Below are positions 15,591 to 29,547 of a stretch of 64,000 bases of DNA, in pieces. The notes under the pieces are model-generated. The model was not told where the DNA came from, searched no databases, and saw only the letters and a list, made by a program, of their open reading frames with translations. The position numbers were made by a program, and so were the translations under genes. The stretch lies in the NCBI RefSeq assembly GCF_009914755.1, contig NC_060947.1. One strand, 5' to 3'. Numbering within the stretch: the first letter of the stretch is position 1; every line of letters begins with the position of its first letter. The stretch comes from the human T2T-CHM13v2.0 reference genome, Homo sapiens.

Positions 15591-15696
15591 CTTCAAAGAT
15601 TTCATTACAAAATGTTGGTAAAAATCAAACAAATAGAATATCTATTTATTTTGTCTGTTTGATTTTTACCAACATTTTGTAATGAAATCTTTGAAG
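15591..15696. repeat. perfect 41-bp inverted repeat with 24-bp spacer
   Basis: 15591-15631 cttcaaagatttcattacaaaatgttggtaaaaatcaaaca is the exact reverse complement of 15656-15696. Confidence 0.97.
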
Positions 15697-16956
15697 TGCA
15701 CAAAAGGAGGTCTTCAGAAGCGTAAAGATGTACTCTGCCTCTAAGGGAGAAAGGGTTTGAGATGGTAAGGTTTACTTCTGTCATTGCTTTATCTCATCAG
15801 TAGAAGTGTCTAAGCTGACTGAGAGAAACTTGGGTAGAGAGGATATGCAATCCACTTTTTCTTTCCAACTGAGATGATGATAATGAGCTTTCACTACATT
15901 CTAATTACTGATTTCTGCCTGGAGGAACATCTTGGCTTTTCCAATTAACAATAATTTAATATGTTATTGCTTATCCTTTGTTCTTTTTTCTTTGAGCTCA
16001 TCCAATTACTGCATACTGCTTTTTTCTTAGCTCTAAACACTAGTTTTATTATTTTTCTTATGAGTTTTTTTAGATCTTGTCCTAATTATGAAATATTTCC
16101 AGTTGTACTTAAAATCATGGTTAAATGCTTTGTATTTTTGGCATGCATTAAAAGAGTGGATAAAATATCATCTGTTTGTTACTTGGGGAATAATGTAACA
16201 TAAAATATTGTTTTGAATTTTTTAAACAAATCATTTTCATCTCTTTAAAAGATTATCAATACAAGGTATATGCAATTTAAGCTAAATTGCATCTTCTTTG
16301 CAAACCAGTGGCTTCGTAAATAATTTCTTTGTTGATTGAATAATCAGTCCGGGAGCCATTCTGTATTTTCCTTCTTTTACATATTGCGGATCTCAAACCA
16401 TCTGAGAAGCACAGTGGTTTCACCATATTCCTGAAATATTTTAGAAGAAATCATTCACTGACGTAAAATTTCCCCAGATGACACTCTGTTTTTATTGAGT
16501 AATAACTATCTGGTAGGCATCATAATTAGTGTCTTCCAAACAGAGCTTGCAGTCTATACCTCATAATTTACTGTATTGCAATGTTTTACAGTTCCCAAAT
16601 GTAACTACAAAACTTCTTGAAGGCAGAAACTTATATCATGCCTTTGTATGTCTCCATAGTGCCAAGCAAAAAGGTAGAGTCAGAGTAGGATTCCAAAAGT
16701 AAACTAACGGATATGTTGTAGTTGCATTTCTCCTTCAGTGCACTGGCTATATTTGTGCTAAATGGGAATACCTGAGGATAAAGTTCAGTAAAATTAATCT
16801 TTTTTAATCTAATTGTTCATCTACAATTACATTGAAATCATGCTTGGTCCCTCTGTGTGCTCACAGACAGACTGACTGATCTGCTGATGAGACAAAAAAA
16901 GAAAAAAGAATTGTAGAATAAACACGTTTCTAGTCTCTACTAAAAAAATTCTATAG

Positions 16957-17136
<180 letters not shown>

Positions 17137-17539
17137 TAGCAGAACTTATCAGCTTTATTTAACTAATTTCATTCAAGATTTTCTGGTCTAATAGAAGAAA
17201 TGTAACCTCTGAACCATTTATTATAAGAGTACTATACTTTCAATCAGGTTGTATACTTTGAAAAAGGTTATAGATATTGGTATGTCTCAATTGCTTACCA
17301 ACCCATACTCTCTTAAGAGACTGGGGCAGTTTCCCTCACTGCAATAAATCATATCCTTGTACAAATAAATTATTAGGAATGTGTCTGTGAGCATTCTCAT
17401 TCCATTCAAGTTTGCTAAAAATCTTTTCAGTTGAATTGTGCTTATATAAGAGAATATGTTCTAAATGTTGATCTAATTTCAGCTGTAAAATATGTGGAAT
17501 AGGCCACGGGTAGCAAAATAAATTCTGAACTTGCAACTG

Positions 17540-17700
17540 GAAGAACTGTTTCTAGGCCTGAGCATATCACTTATTAGTCAGATAATCTTGGGGGAGTCAT
17601 TGTACCTCTCTAATGCTTTGACTTCCCCTGTAATGCTGCCTTCCTTCCTACCTCTCAGGGATGTGAGGATTTACATGCTTTGTAAGTGGTTGAACATGAT
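17540..17700 (+). mobile_element. MIR
   Basis: cacttattagtcagataatcttgggggagtcattgtacctctct...cctacctctcaggg, a MIR core-like sequence. Confidence 0.55.
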
Positions 17701-18239
17701 GCAAATTTAAGGGATGATAGCCATAACTTAACCAAACAAATTTCTAGCTTTAGCTGTTCTTTTATGGCTTGAGCATAAATTTTCCTGGGGGAAATTCTAG
17801 TATATAAAAGAATGAAAGTTAAAGTCACAGTGGCTAATGTTTGCTTCTTGCATACAAACATTGTCCAGCTCTCTCTAAAAACGTACCTCTGCTTCCCTCT
17901 CTCTGACTTGAATACCTTATACTTCTAACTACTGCTCATGCCATGCAATTCCTCCTCATTTTTTTCAGGCCATTTAAAGTCTAGTTCCTTGATAATGTAT
18001 CTACACCATGCTGATTTCTTCTTCACTGAACTTCTAGAGATTTTTTGATGGTTCAAATTATTTGATTAAGCCAGCTCCTCCAGCAAGCCTTCCCTGACCA
18101 CTGCTACCAAGACTGGCTTATGGGCTCCTCCTTTGTGCTCCAGGAGGCCCTTGGGCATATGTCTCTTCCAGCGCCTGTCATACTTAAATGTTTTAAAGAG
18201 CATTACGAACTGCATCTGAAATAAAATTGAATTAAATCA

Positions 18240-19480
18240 TATTGTGATCACTTACTTACTCAACAGGAAGCTTAAGAAATAATGACATAAATATATTAAA
18301 GCCTCCTAGGTACTTTTTTTGAATTCTGTTCCTCTCCATAACTTTCAGAAAAACCTACTGAATTGATGTACATTATTGCATGTAATTCGATATTATCTAA
18401 CTACCCATAAGTCTAGAACTATAAAATATATAGTATTATTTGGCATGTTGTAAAAATTTTATCTGGAATTACACTGAAGTATCCTTCTGTGATATATACT
18501 TTTACTCAATGTTGTTTGTGAGATACCTCCATGTTGCATCCTTGAGTACAATACTCAGCTTTGAATATACTACAATGCATTCATCTATTCCTCTAACTGA
18601 TGGTTTGACTTTTCAAAGAATATTTTAAGAGAACTGTACTATGAACATTCTTACCCTCGCTTTTTGCCATACATGTCTGTATAGAAGTGGAATCGTTGGG
18701 TCTTAAAGTTATGCACATGTTAAGCTTTAATAAATATTGCCAAATCATAAAAATTTACACTCCCAGCATCTTGTAGAAGATTTGTGCTTGCTCTACACAC
18801 TCTTCAACACTTAATATAGTTATACTTTTAAAATCTGATGAATCTTTGTCCCACTCCAGATTTACTCTTCATTCTTTTCTGCCCTACTATGTGATCCAAA
18901 AGACTGAACTGTATGGAGGACAGCAAAGGATTACCTTGTCTTTGGCTTCTATTTGGGTTCCTATGGGAAGCAATAGAAGAATATTGAAAAAAGGGAAGAA
19001 AGCTATTCTCATTCTTCAGTCCCCACTCTGTGAATAATAGATTTTTTTCCCTTCAGTTTCCTTTCTGTGAAGTAACCACATCAGAGCCTGGAATACTTTC
19101 TTCATCATTTCTATTGAAGTGAACTTTTTCTTACTAATTTGTAGAAGTTCTTTACATATTCTGAGTACTAATCCTTTTGGGGGAGGATATATGCATTGTA
19201 AATATCTTCTCCCAATGTATGACACGTAAAAACATTACATGTTAAAATATTAAGATTTTTAAAAATTTTATAATGGTTCTATTTATCAAGTCAATCATTT
19301 TACAGTGTGTAATTTGTCTTCTTAAATAAATATTTTTGTACTCTAAAGTCATGGAGGTATTTTCTTAAATTTTCTTCTAGAAGATTAATGAAAATTTGAC
19401 TTTTAATATTAGACTTTTAATCCACCGAGAATTTATACTTGTATACAGTGTGAAAAAGAAATCCACCTTTACTTAATTTT
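18240..19480 (-). mobile_element. old L1M (L1ME-like) fragments
   Basis: ctatgaacattctt, agaagtggaatcgttgggtc, gaagttctttacatattctg, ttgtaaatatcttctcccaa. Confidence 0.6.
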
Positions 19481-19864
19481 TAAGGCCATACTGCCTCTGG
19501 AGGCTCTAGAGGAGACTCCTTTCTTGTATTTTCCAGCTTCTGGAGGCCACCTGTACTATGTGCATTCCTTGGCTCATGACTCCTTCCTCCATGTTCGAAG
19601 CCCACAGCATAGCAACTTCGAACCGTTCTCTGCTGAGGTTGTCACATCTTCTCTATTCTGTGGAAGAATCTCTTACTCCCTATTATAAAGGTACTCATAA
19701 TTACATTTAAGGCCCACATGGTTAATCCATGCTAATCATCTCATCTCAAGATCTTTAATTTAATCACAACTGCAAAGCCCCCATTACAATAAAATATAAC
19801 ATGCACAGGTTCCAGGGATTAGGACCTGGATGTATTTGGGGGGCCATTATTCAGTCTACCACAT
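19480..19864 (-). mobile_element. MLT1 (C/D-like) LTR
   Basis: ctggaggctctagaggagactcc...cacaggttccagggattaggacc...ggccattattcagtctaccaca (reverse complement of the MLT1 start). Confidence 0.75.
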
Positions 19865-20453
19865 GCTACATTAGATACGTGAGCTTCTTGAGGGCCTATG
19901 GTCTTATCAGGCTCAAAATCTCTAGTGCATCACATATAGCAAATGTTAAGCAATGTTAAGCTAGTGAATGAATACAATTTTGTTTCATTTCCATGGTATT
20001 ATTATAAATTCCTTCAAGGAAGACTTTGCATCTTTAGCTTTTTATATACCTTACAGTTACTCTACAACAACATAGATCCCTAGTAAACTCAATACACTTG
20101 AGGTAATATGGTAAAGTATAAAAAGATCAAGAGTCCAGTCCTGGTTGTGTCACTTATTAACAACTAATTTTAGGGCAAATTTATTTTTGCTTATCTAGGA
20201 GTATCTTTGTTCATTGATAAAATGGAGAAGAGAGAGTAAGCCTAATTGGTAAGAACCCAATCTTCTCATTCCTGATTCATACAGGGCATTTCTGTTTTTA
20301 TCTGTTTTATGTAACTACTGAGCTTTTTAATACAAAATTTCATTGGTAAAAACAAAGGGTTCTGCTTCTTTAAAAACTTCCGAAAATTATTGTTCTCATC
20401 ACAGCCCACCACGGGGATCCTGAAGCACAGAGAGGTACATGGCTTTGCCTCTT

Positions 20454-20913
20454 TTTTTTTTTTTTCTTTTTTTTTTTTTATTATACTTTTAAGTTTTAGG
20501 GTACATGTGCACATTGTGCAGGTTAGTTACATATGTATACATGTGCCATGCTGGTGCGCTGCACCCACTAACTCGTCGTCTAGCATTAGGTATATCTCCT
20601 GATGCTATCCCTCCCCTCTCCCACCACCCCACAACAGTCCCCAGAGTGTGATATTCCCCTTCCTGTGTCCATGTGATCTCATTGTTCAGTTCCCACCTAT
20701 GAGTGAGAATATGCGGTGTTTGGTTTTTTGTTCTTGCGATAGTTTACTGAGAATGATGATTTCCAATTTCATCCATGTCCCTACAAAGGACATGAACTCA
20801 TCATTTTTTATGGCTGCATAGTATTCCATGGTGTATATGTGCCACATTTTCTTAATCCAGTCTATCATTGTTGGACATTTGGGTTGGTTCCAAGTCTTTG
20901 CTATTGTGAATAG
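20454..20913 (-). mobile_element. young L1PA2-like 3' end
   Basis: Poly-T head; near-consensus 3'UTR with GAG (not ACA/ACG) at the Ta-diagnostic site; TSD tgcctctt at 20446-20453 and 20914-20921. Confidence 0.93.
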
Positions 20914-20933
20914 TGCCTCTTAAATTTGCTTTC

Positions 20934-20994
20934 TGAAACCATTGCCTTGAAACCATTCTGTTGAAACCAGTACCTTAAAACCATTGTGTTAAAA
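20934..20994 (+). repeat. 4 x 14-bp imperfect tandem repeat
   Basis: tgaaaccattgcct / tgaaaccattctgt / tgaaaccagtacct / taaaaccattgtgt. Confidence 0.85.
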
Positions 20995-22999
20995 AGGCTA
21001 CTAGGACCATGTCTGTCTTTATCCTGGGGGTTGCCAATATTTCCTCTTGTCCCCACTCAAAGGACAACTGGAGAAGTTCTGAGACACCATGTAAATATAT
21101 TATTATCAGTGACACATTTCCTATAGGCAGACTGAGATCCAAATCTGCAGCACAGTTTCAGAAATGCAATACTGCAGCAATCATTTAGGGAGGAAGGACA
21201 TAGCAGCACTAGTCAATCAGTAGGTTAGGCAACTTACTGTATGCAGTGTGGTAAGGTGTACAAAATGCTCCTTGAAAGCAGGAATGGTGTCTTATTTATA
21301 TTTCTATGCACACATTTATGTTTCATAAATGACACAATATCTTCCCCAAAGGAACTTATATCTCAGTATATTATGTCATATGCACAACTTTAATCTATTT
21401 TCATCAGTAAGACAGCAAAGCTGATTAGACTGACTGTGGGCCAATATTTGCAGTCACTCAGATATGACTTACATTGTTTCTCTCTAAACTTCATCTTACG
21501 GCTCCTAGAGCTCACTGTCATAAATCCAGGAAATGGTCAAAAAATTACCGATGAAGAAGATCTTAGCTTTTCTTGCATGTACTCTCACAGCTTTTCTGAA
21601 AAATAAACTTAAAATCACAGCTTCACTTTGTCACATGAAAAATAATCATGTTTATGTATTCTGATCACTATCTGTGTGACCTTAAGTAGTCCCTTCCTAA
21701 CCCAGTGAGTTATTTTTACCATATAAAATGTGAAGACTCAGACTAAATAATCCCCAAATTCCTCTTCAGATTCAGAGGTCTATGATCTATGGTTACGTGA
21801 ATAAATATATCACTTTAACCCACTGAATTAGTTTTCTTAGGTGTCTTTACTATTAAATGACTATTTATTAAATGCTTGCCAGGTACAAATACTTCACTCA
21901 GAAAGAGTAAAAAAGGAGAATAAAAAATGTTGATTCTGTTACTGATAAACAATAATATTCATTGGCACAAACTGTGACTTCTGGAAATTTTTTTAACTCC
22001 ACCAAGAGTAACCATGGCAACATAGATTAAATTGACTATTGCCCTGTAGTAAAGTATGAAAGTCTTAAATTCTTCCCTTGAAGCAACAATATGGAAGTAA
22101 GAAATGTGTCTCTTATTTCTGAAGCTGAATTAGTTGAAATAAATGCAGTAAGCTGAGTAATTTCAATGGACTTTTCAGAAATTCTGTGACAGATCATTTA
22201 AGGGTTGAAGAGCAATCTAACTGCTACAAACAAAATAAGATTACCATTTATTAATGTCCCATTCTGTCCACACAACTTAAAACCAATAGTCTGGGTTCTT
22301 GAGGAATGTGATAATGAAATATTAATATTGTAATTTTTGTTATGAAAGAGAAGTCTGGTCAATTTTCTAAATGATTAAAATCAGGAAATAATTTTTTAAA
22401 TTGCATCAATATTATAAGAAAAGTTGGATGAAAAAGATCACATGACATGTGGAAAAGATGAAAAATAAACCAGTGCATCATGAAACATAATTTTTAAAAG
22501 CTTGAATAATTTAGAAATACCACTCAAGTAAATCACTTGGGTATTTTATCTTAATTCATGGTTATGTTATAGTGACCCATTTTTTCACTACAAGATATAT
22601 ATTGACAGTATTTGTCAACATGTTAAATTGCTTCCCAGATAAAGACAATTGAATATTTTTTAGTTCCTCAATATGACATGTTAGGAGCAATGCCCACACA
22701 TGTCGTGTCCCTAATCTTTCTTTAGCTACTCTCACTTTCAGCTCCAGTTTTATCAAGAAGATCCAAGGAGATAGAAGTCATCTTCTTTGAGTTCACTCAG
22801 AGTCTTTCCTTTCCATGTCTGAAGTCCTTTCTCTGTGCTCTCATTCTCTAATTTTCCTTTTGTATTGTAGAGAAAGAAATGTCTCCCATGGTTTTAAATC
22901 TAAAAAATTCATTCCTACTACTCCTTTAATCCCATTACTCTCCTCTGGTTCTTTCTCTCAAGCATATTCATCTCTATTTTTTTTATCCACTTTCTTTAC

Positions 23000-23880
23000 T
23001 TCCATTTCTAGTATCTACCTTTCAATCTAGGATCCAAATCAAACACTACCAACTTCTGGGTGGATATTTTTAGGCAAATATTCCTTAGAGTCCTTAAATT
23101 TAGTGTTTTTTAAAAATAAAACTCACTATTGCCTTCTAAACTCCTATCCAACATGCTGCCTCTCTTGATTCCTCATTTTGTGTAATAGTACTACCCAGTT
23201 ACTCTGTATCCTCTTGTACCACATTTTGAACCATTCTCCCTGTAATCCTCTATATCCAGGTAGTCATCAAGCTCTATTGATTGTAAGACTACAATATTGA
23301 TGACATCTGTCCTCTGCTTTGTGGTCAAGTTAACCTAATTCAAGTCTTCATTCTTTCTTTCCTAAGATTACTACCAAAGTCTCCTAAGTCATCTTTTTCT
23401 ATTCTCATGCCCCTTCATTCCATCCTTCATACCACCACTAAAGTCTCTTAATATATAGCTCTAATCGTGTCATGAATCTGTTCAAACACCTTTACTAAAT
23501 CCACAGTATAAAACATAAACTAGTTAACATGTTATTCCATATCCTCAGCAATGTGGGATGATGTTCCTATAAAATTTGCTTCTTAGATATACTTAACTGC
23601 TTTCTTTTCTAGACATGATCCTAGTACATTTCAGTCTTTGCAGACCTTGCCTTCGGTATTGGCAATCTTGTTCTCATGTATCTTTACCAAAATTCAAGGT
23701 TAGTTCAACTTTCAACTCTTCTGTGAAGACTTTTATCTCTTTGTTTGAAATCAGTCTTTCCTGTTCTGTTTCTCCTTCACTCTCTACTTGTTCTTATCAT
23801 GCTTTCCTTATAGCTGTTATATTCCTACAAATTCTGACATAATATAGGCACTTGTATGTTTGAAGTGAATTGAATCAATA
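23000..23880 (+). mobile_element. L2 LINE 3' region
   Basis: ccttcattccatccttcataccaccacta, ttctgtgaagactttt, acataatataggcacttg...tgaattgaat end. Confidence 0.62.
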
Positions 23881-25539
23881 CATAATTGGTATGATACATT
23901 GATTATGGTTGTGGTAATAGTATTATATTCTGCCATATGAAATAACTGTTTTTCTTGGCAATAAATGACTGAATTTAAGTGATTTTCCATAATTTAACCA
24001 AACACTTTATTTTTTTCTACTTATTTTTTTTTAGAAAAGAATTTTTACAGTACAGCTAGACCATAATTTAGCTAGTTTGAGGGCCATGGTTCTGCTAGTT
24101 AGAATAGAGGATGTCAGTTAGACATTCTTATTTGTATTCCCAACTTTTTAGCAGTCTCGTTTTATTCCCTAGATCACGTCACCTAAATAACAGCACTAAG
24201 ATCATATACGATCAAAGCTAACAACTAGGCACAGTGCATCACTGAAGAAATGTTGGCACACATATTTGATGGAAAACAGTCATATGGGCCAAAACCAGTA
24301 TGATCAAACATCCCAATTCAATGGAAAAGTGCAATTTTGGTTTAGCTGATCTGGTTCCACTGAGAGAATATGACTACATTCTTGCTGCACTTTACAAATG
24401 AACTGAATTCTGATTTTCTTCTTTAAATTCATGAAGTCCTGATGGTAGGAACTTCTAAAAAATTTTCACACATGCAAATGAAATGCACTTATGACCTCCC
24501 TATAATTTACTTCACGGCATTGAGTCCACAGAGGCAAATGATTTTCTGGAAATAGGTGGCTTACATCAGGATGGAGATCAGTACATTTGAGTTACACCTT
24601 GCATTTTCTCAACTACCAAATATGCTCTTTTGGAATCAAAAATACACTGGAAAGTATATAATTTTATTGTCCTATATTTAATTTTTATTATCTAAGTCAA
24701 CTAATCTTCCCAAAAGTCATAATCCATTTTTAACTGTGCCTCAGATATTGTACTGTTCCGGTAATTATATACCAGGTATTATACCAGAATGATAGCATAT
24801 TATGAGAAGGGTAGAATGATTTTTTATATTTGAATGGCCAATGTACAATTAATTCTACGTAAATATTCAATAAATAGTAATTTGTAAATACATCATCAAG
24901 TAATTTTTAAGTAATACATCATTTGACAAAATCAAGCATTTTCGTTCATTCCTCTGTTAAATACTGAAAGGAAGGAAATTGACACTTTGTCAACTGGGAT
25001 TCTAAAATGCTTTCCAGGTTCAACCTATGTATCTGAGCCAGGGTGAAATCCTAAAAAATCTCTCTTTTCCCACCCATTGCCAAAGGTGCAGGTGCCCTAA
25101 AAAGAAGCTCAGTAATTTTTTCTAAGTTCTACTTCAATTTTCCATCATCTGTCTTGCTCTGGCCGTATATTGCAGATCTCTATCCTACTTCATCATTTGT
25201 GGATGATGCTCTTTGGCCTCAGTCTTTTGTTTGGAATTCTTGAACTCAGTTTTTTTTTTTTCTCTGGATACTATCACTCAACACTCTGAAGACCGGGGGC
25301 AGATCACTACTACACCCTTTGGATTGCAGCCTAGGTACCCCAGGCCTCAGCTTGTTCAAGCAAAGAGTTCAGACACTTGGTCTGATCTAATATTGGCCAT
25401 ATTGTGAAGTCAAGACCAAATTCTCATGCCAAATGTTCTTGAAAGTTTTCAAAAGCCAGGAATTGGGACAAATGCATTTTGGTAACTCGATTAAATGTGT
25501 TAAAAAAAAAAGAGATCGGGGTGGGCACGCAGGAGCAGC

Positions 25540-25720
25540 AGTTCAACAAAGTGATTTGGAGTCAGTGGGGGTAAGTTTGAGTCTCTGCTCAGGCACATAC
25601 TGGCTGATGACACTAGACAGGCTACTTAATTTCTATGGGCTTTCACTCCTCGTGTATAAAATAGGATAACACCTTTTTTGCCAATTTCTGAGGGTTGCTG
25701 TAAGAACTGAGCAAGGTAAC
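25540..25720 (+). mobile_element. MIR
   Basis: ctacttaatttctatgggctttcactcctcgtgtataaaataggataa...gagggttgctgtaagaactga. Confidence 0.6.
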
Positions 25721-27789
25721 CAACCAAAACACTTTTCATGAAAAGCAGTATCATCCTTATTGAAACCAAAAGGACAAACAAGGTAACATTTTGAAAGGAA
25801 TAAAACCTTTGACACTTTACCAAGTAGGTAACAAAATAATAGCCTAAAATATAAAGGTAGCCCAGCAAATATTATTTTCCTGCAGCTCCTGGAGCCTCCT
25901 AGCAGAGTTAATTGTTCAGCTAACTGGCCGTTGCCATTTTTTACTTACAATTTTGCCCATACCACACCATCAATCTTATTTCTTACATGCAGAAATAGCT
26001 GCCTTTATACATCACCTCTTCTTTCCAATATCCAGACTAATACACCACAGTGACATGAATAATAGCCAATCTGCCACAGCGTGCGCTACACCTCATAACA
26101 TGATTCATTGATGCAGTTTTGGTAGTGCAATTCTTCTTGATTAGAAGTTCTGGAGGTCTATGGTTTCCCTCTATATTAACTTTGAACATGTCCTGTCTAA
26201 GACACAGTGGCTTTGGACTGAAGAATGCTATATTTTGAGGCCCAAGAACTCTATTGTTCAGTACAGAACTATAGTTTGCAAACTAATTCATTTTCTCAGT
26301 TTTCATGCCCTTGTTTACATAAGAAATAACTGTCACACTACAATTTATATTATGATTGGGTTTACAAAGTTTTCCATTGCTTTTGCTTAATTTCCTTTTT
26401 ATAAAGAGCAAGGCTGAGTTAGCAAAGCTACCACCAAAAGCCTTTTAATTGAATGAGCAGTCTATAAAGTTATCAATGGCCATGATGAGGGCAATCCCAT
26501 CTATGGCTTGTCGGCTTACTTGTAACTTAAAATAACTTCCCAGCACTTTCTGAGAGATTCGTTCTTCAAAACTGTGAGATATTCTCTTTGTTCTTAGATA
26601 TCAACCCTATTTATATCTCTATACCTGTAAAGTCATGTATCTGTAGAAGAGTCAGCTCTCTATTTTTAGCTGTGCTAATGGCCAATTTTCAAACAAATAG
26701 AACAACTTGACCAAACAGTGACCTGAAACAGCATGTTAAGACAGATGACATGTAGACCTGCTGCTATAATCCAAAATATTGGCTATTAAAAGCTATATAT
26801 GGCAACAGTTAAATCCAGGGCTGTTTAAAGATGACAACCACAGTACAACTTTGGTAGAGTTATTTTCAGCTCAGTTTCATATAGACGCTAAATTCATGCT
26901 ATGGGACAATGCAACAAGCCCTTTTATGGGCTGAGGTTGACATTTCAACTGACTGATACATATTTCTTGAGCCCTTGCCAAATGTCCAAGGCTGTCAAAA
27001 TGACTGAATTGTTTGATTGTGTTAGAAGGCAAAAACAGAGTTTTAAGGCAAAGATCAAATTTATGAAGTGAAAAACTAAAAGCTAAAATAAAAATGCCTG
27101 TACCAGGGCCTGTGATGAGATACCTTAAAAATTCCTCAAACAGAGAACCAGAAGAGCAGGCTGGGGGACAGCCACAGCAAGGGACAGAAAGAGCAATGGT
27201 ATACACAGCCTCAGAATGGGACTGTGGAGATGAGGGCAGACCTCCAGTCATTCTGAGAGAACACTGGATGACTCTAGTCTCTTTGACATACAGGCAAACT
27301 AGTCAATTGGTAAATATTAACCATGTGTACACACTTTTCTAGGTATTGTAAGAGAGGGATGCAAAGAAACATACTATGGTCTCCATCCTTTAGTTGTTTA
27401 TAGTCTAGTTAGAGAATGAAGATATCTATGCATAACCATTCTGCCTTAAAAGTTCGAATTGTGTGCCAAATGAATGGCATGGTTTATAAAGGTTATGGAA
27501 GTTTATAGTTCTCCATCTGTTTGGACCAACTTCTGCCTTCCTTACCTGACTTCTTAAGCTAGGGCAGGTTATTTCATTATAGGCCGTCCTAGAACCTCCC
27601 CTCTTCTTCCTAGTCCTTTTTCCGGTCTGTAACTCTCTGTGATTGCATTATTTCTAGCCACCTCCCCATATAACCTGTAATCAGGTCATGAAAGACCAAG
27701 GCCATTTTTCTGTTTGCCACTGTATCTCCAACACCTTGCACAGTTCTTAGCTTCTCTCTCATGTACTTAATTTAATATATTTTCTAATA

Positions 27790-28150
27790 TTATTTTTAAT
27801 TAACTTTAATTAGGTATGATTTACTTGCAATCAACCAAATTTATTTAAAATGTTCAAGCTTCGATAGATGCATAGAGCCATGGAACCACCACCAACAACA
27901 AGATACGGAACATTTCCATCTCCCCTAAAAGTTCTCTTGAGCACCTTTACAATCCATCACTACCTCTGATACTGGCCCCAGAAAATCACAAATGCATTTG
28001 TCACTATAACTTATTCTGCATTTTCTAGAATTTCATAGAAATTCTTATTCTGCATTTTCTAGAATTTCATGGAATTACACAGTTTGTATCATTGTGTCTA
28101 GCTTCTTTTACTCAGTCTAAGGATTTTGAGATTTCTTCATGTTATTGTCT
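27790..28150 (-). mobile_element. old L1M 3' fragment
   Basis: ggaacatttccatctcccctaaaagttctctt, ttctagaatttcat, ttttgagatttcttcatgtt. Confidence 0.7.
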
Positions 28151-28154
28151 ACCC

Positions 28155-28720
28155 ACAATATTTTTTTTGCATCCTCCAACGGCATTTTCTGACAAAGAGT
28201 GTATTTCCATTTTACTATCATATTTTCTTACATATCATTTCATTTTACCACAAAAAAAAATGTGTTTCAACTGGTGTGATATTTTCTAATCTTATAGTAG
28301 TAAGTAAGAATCCTCAGATGAGGCTTTAATACTTTTATCATTTTAAATGAACATATATAATGTATTGAAATGGGTATTACATTATTTTAAACATTTTAAA
28401 ACTCTGGAGTTAACTTTTTTCTTCTTTTATTGTCCTTTTAACTGAATCCTTTTCAGATGTGTAGTCATGATTTTTCCCTTGTAATACAGCTGATTTGTAA
28501 CAGGAGTAGGAAATATGTCAGATATGGCGTTTACTTGTCATTAATTTGTGCTTTTGTTATTTGTTTTAGTCTCAAAGCTAAGTGTCTTCAAAGGAATATT
28601 TTTAAGTTACTTGTCAATTTTGTAAAGGTTTGTTTATTTCAGGCTAGATTTTCAAAAATCCACAAATCAACTAGGCTCACAGAAACCATAAATAGTTGTA
28701 ATCAGCGGAAACTGAGAGGA
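28155..28720 (-). mobile_element. possible hAT (Blackjack-like) DNA transposon relic
   Basis: Minus strand tgtgagcctagttgatttgtggatttttgaaaatctagc resembles recalled BLACKJACK sequence; weak. Confidence 0.3.
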
Positions 28721-29547
28721 TGAGTGAGGATACCACAACAAAGGGATTTGTCCACTCTTTCCTCAGGACACTTGGCCTCCCTTATGCAATAGGTGGTCAT
28801 ATAAATACCAAGTGGGGGTGCCAGCGCATATTTACATACTCAAAACTAGTAGAACTAGTAGAGACTCTTTTCTTTTTTACTTTTTTGAGCTAAAATTTAG
28901 AAATAGAATATACCCCACTTTGGAGACCATTGCTAGGCAAAGGAGAAGTATTGAGAATCTTTAAGCTGAGAAGTGACCTGACAAAAAAAAGGAAGTTTTA
29001 ATTATATTAACCAGGTGATACTACACACACTGTGTTGCAGGGATTAGAGACTACAGGTAGAGGGAATAATCAGAGGTTGTGTTTGTTTTTATTTCCATTT
29101 ATTTTTAATTAGTATTTTAAGTACTATACACTCAAAAGATTTAAAGGAATAAAGGGTATATAAAGTCTTCTTCCCCTTCTTATCCTTCAGCCCAAGTCTT
29201 CAGAGTTAACTACTATTAAGAGTTTATTGTGCATCCTTCTGGATAGTTTCTAAGTACATATACCATATAGATGTATGCCCATCCTTGTCTATTTGCATAA
29301 ACGTGGTTAACTGTTCACACTGTGCTGAATACTGCTTTTTCATTTAACGATATCTACCTTGAACATCTTTCCACATATATAGGTAGAGAACAACCTTATT
29401 CCTTGTCAGTGCTACTGAGATATGTTATAATTTGTTAGCCAGTCCCCTTAAAAATTTTGATCCTTGTTAGAAACACAGTAGTGAACATATATGTACATGT
29501 GTCTTGTGTAGGATTATCTTTAGAAGCAAAATTTCCTGGATAGAAGT

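Noticed and set aside
24255-24305. Frame containing DGKQ, like the CDP-alcohol phosphotransferase motif
   Set aside because: The rest of the motif (DxxDG, AR, GxxxDxxxD) is absent.
26877-27342. Overlapping 124-aa (-) and 82-aa (+) ORFs in unique DNA
   Set aside because: No recognisable homology or exon structure; lengths are compatible with chance.
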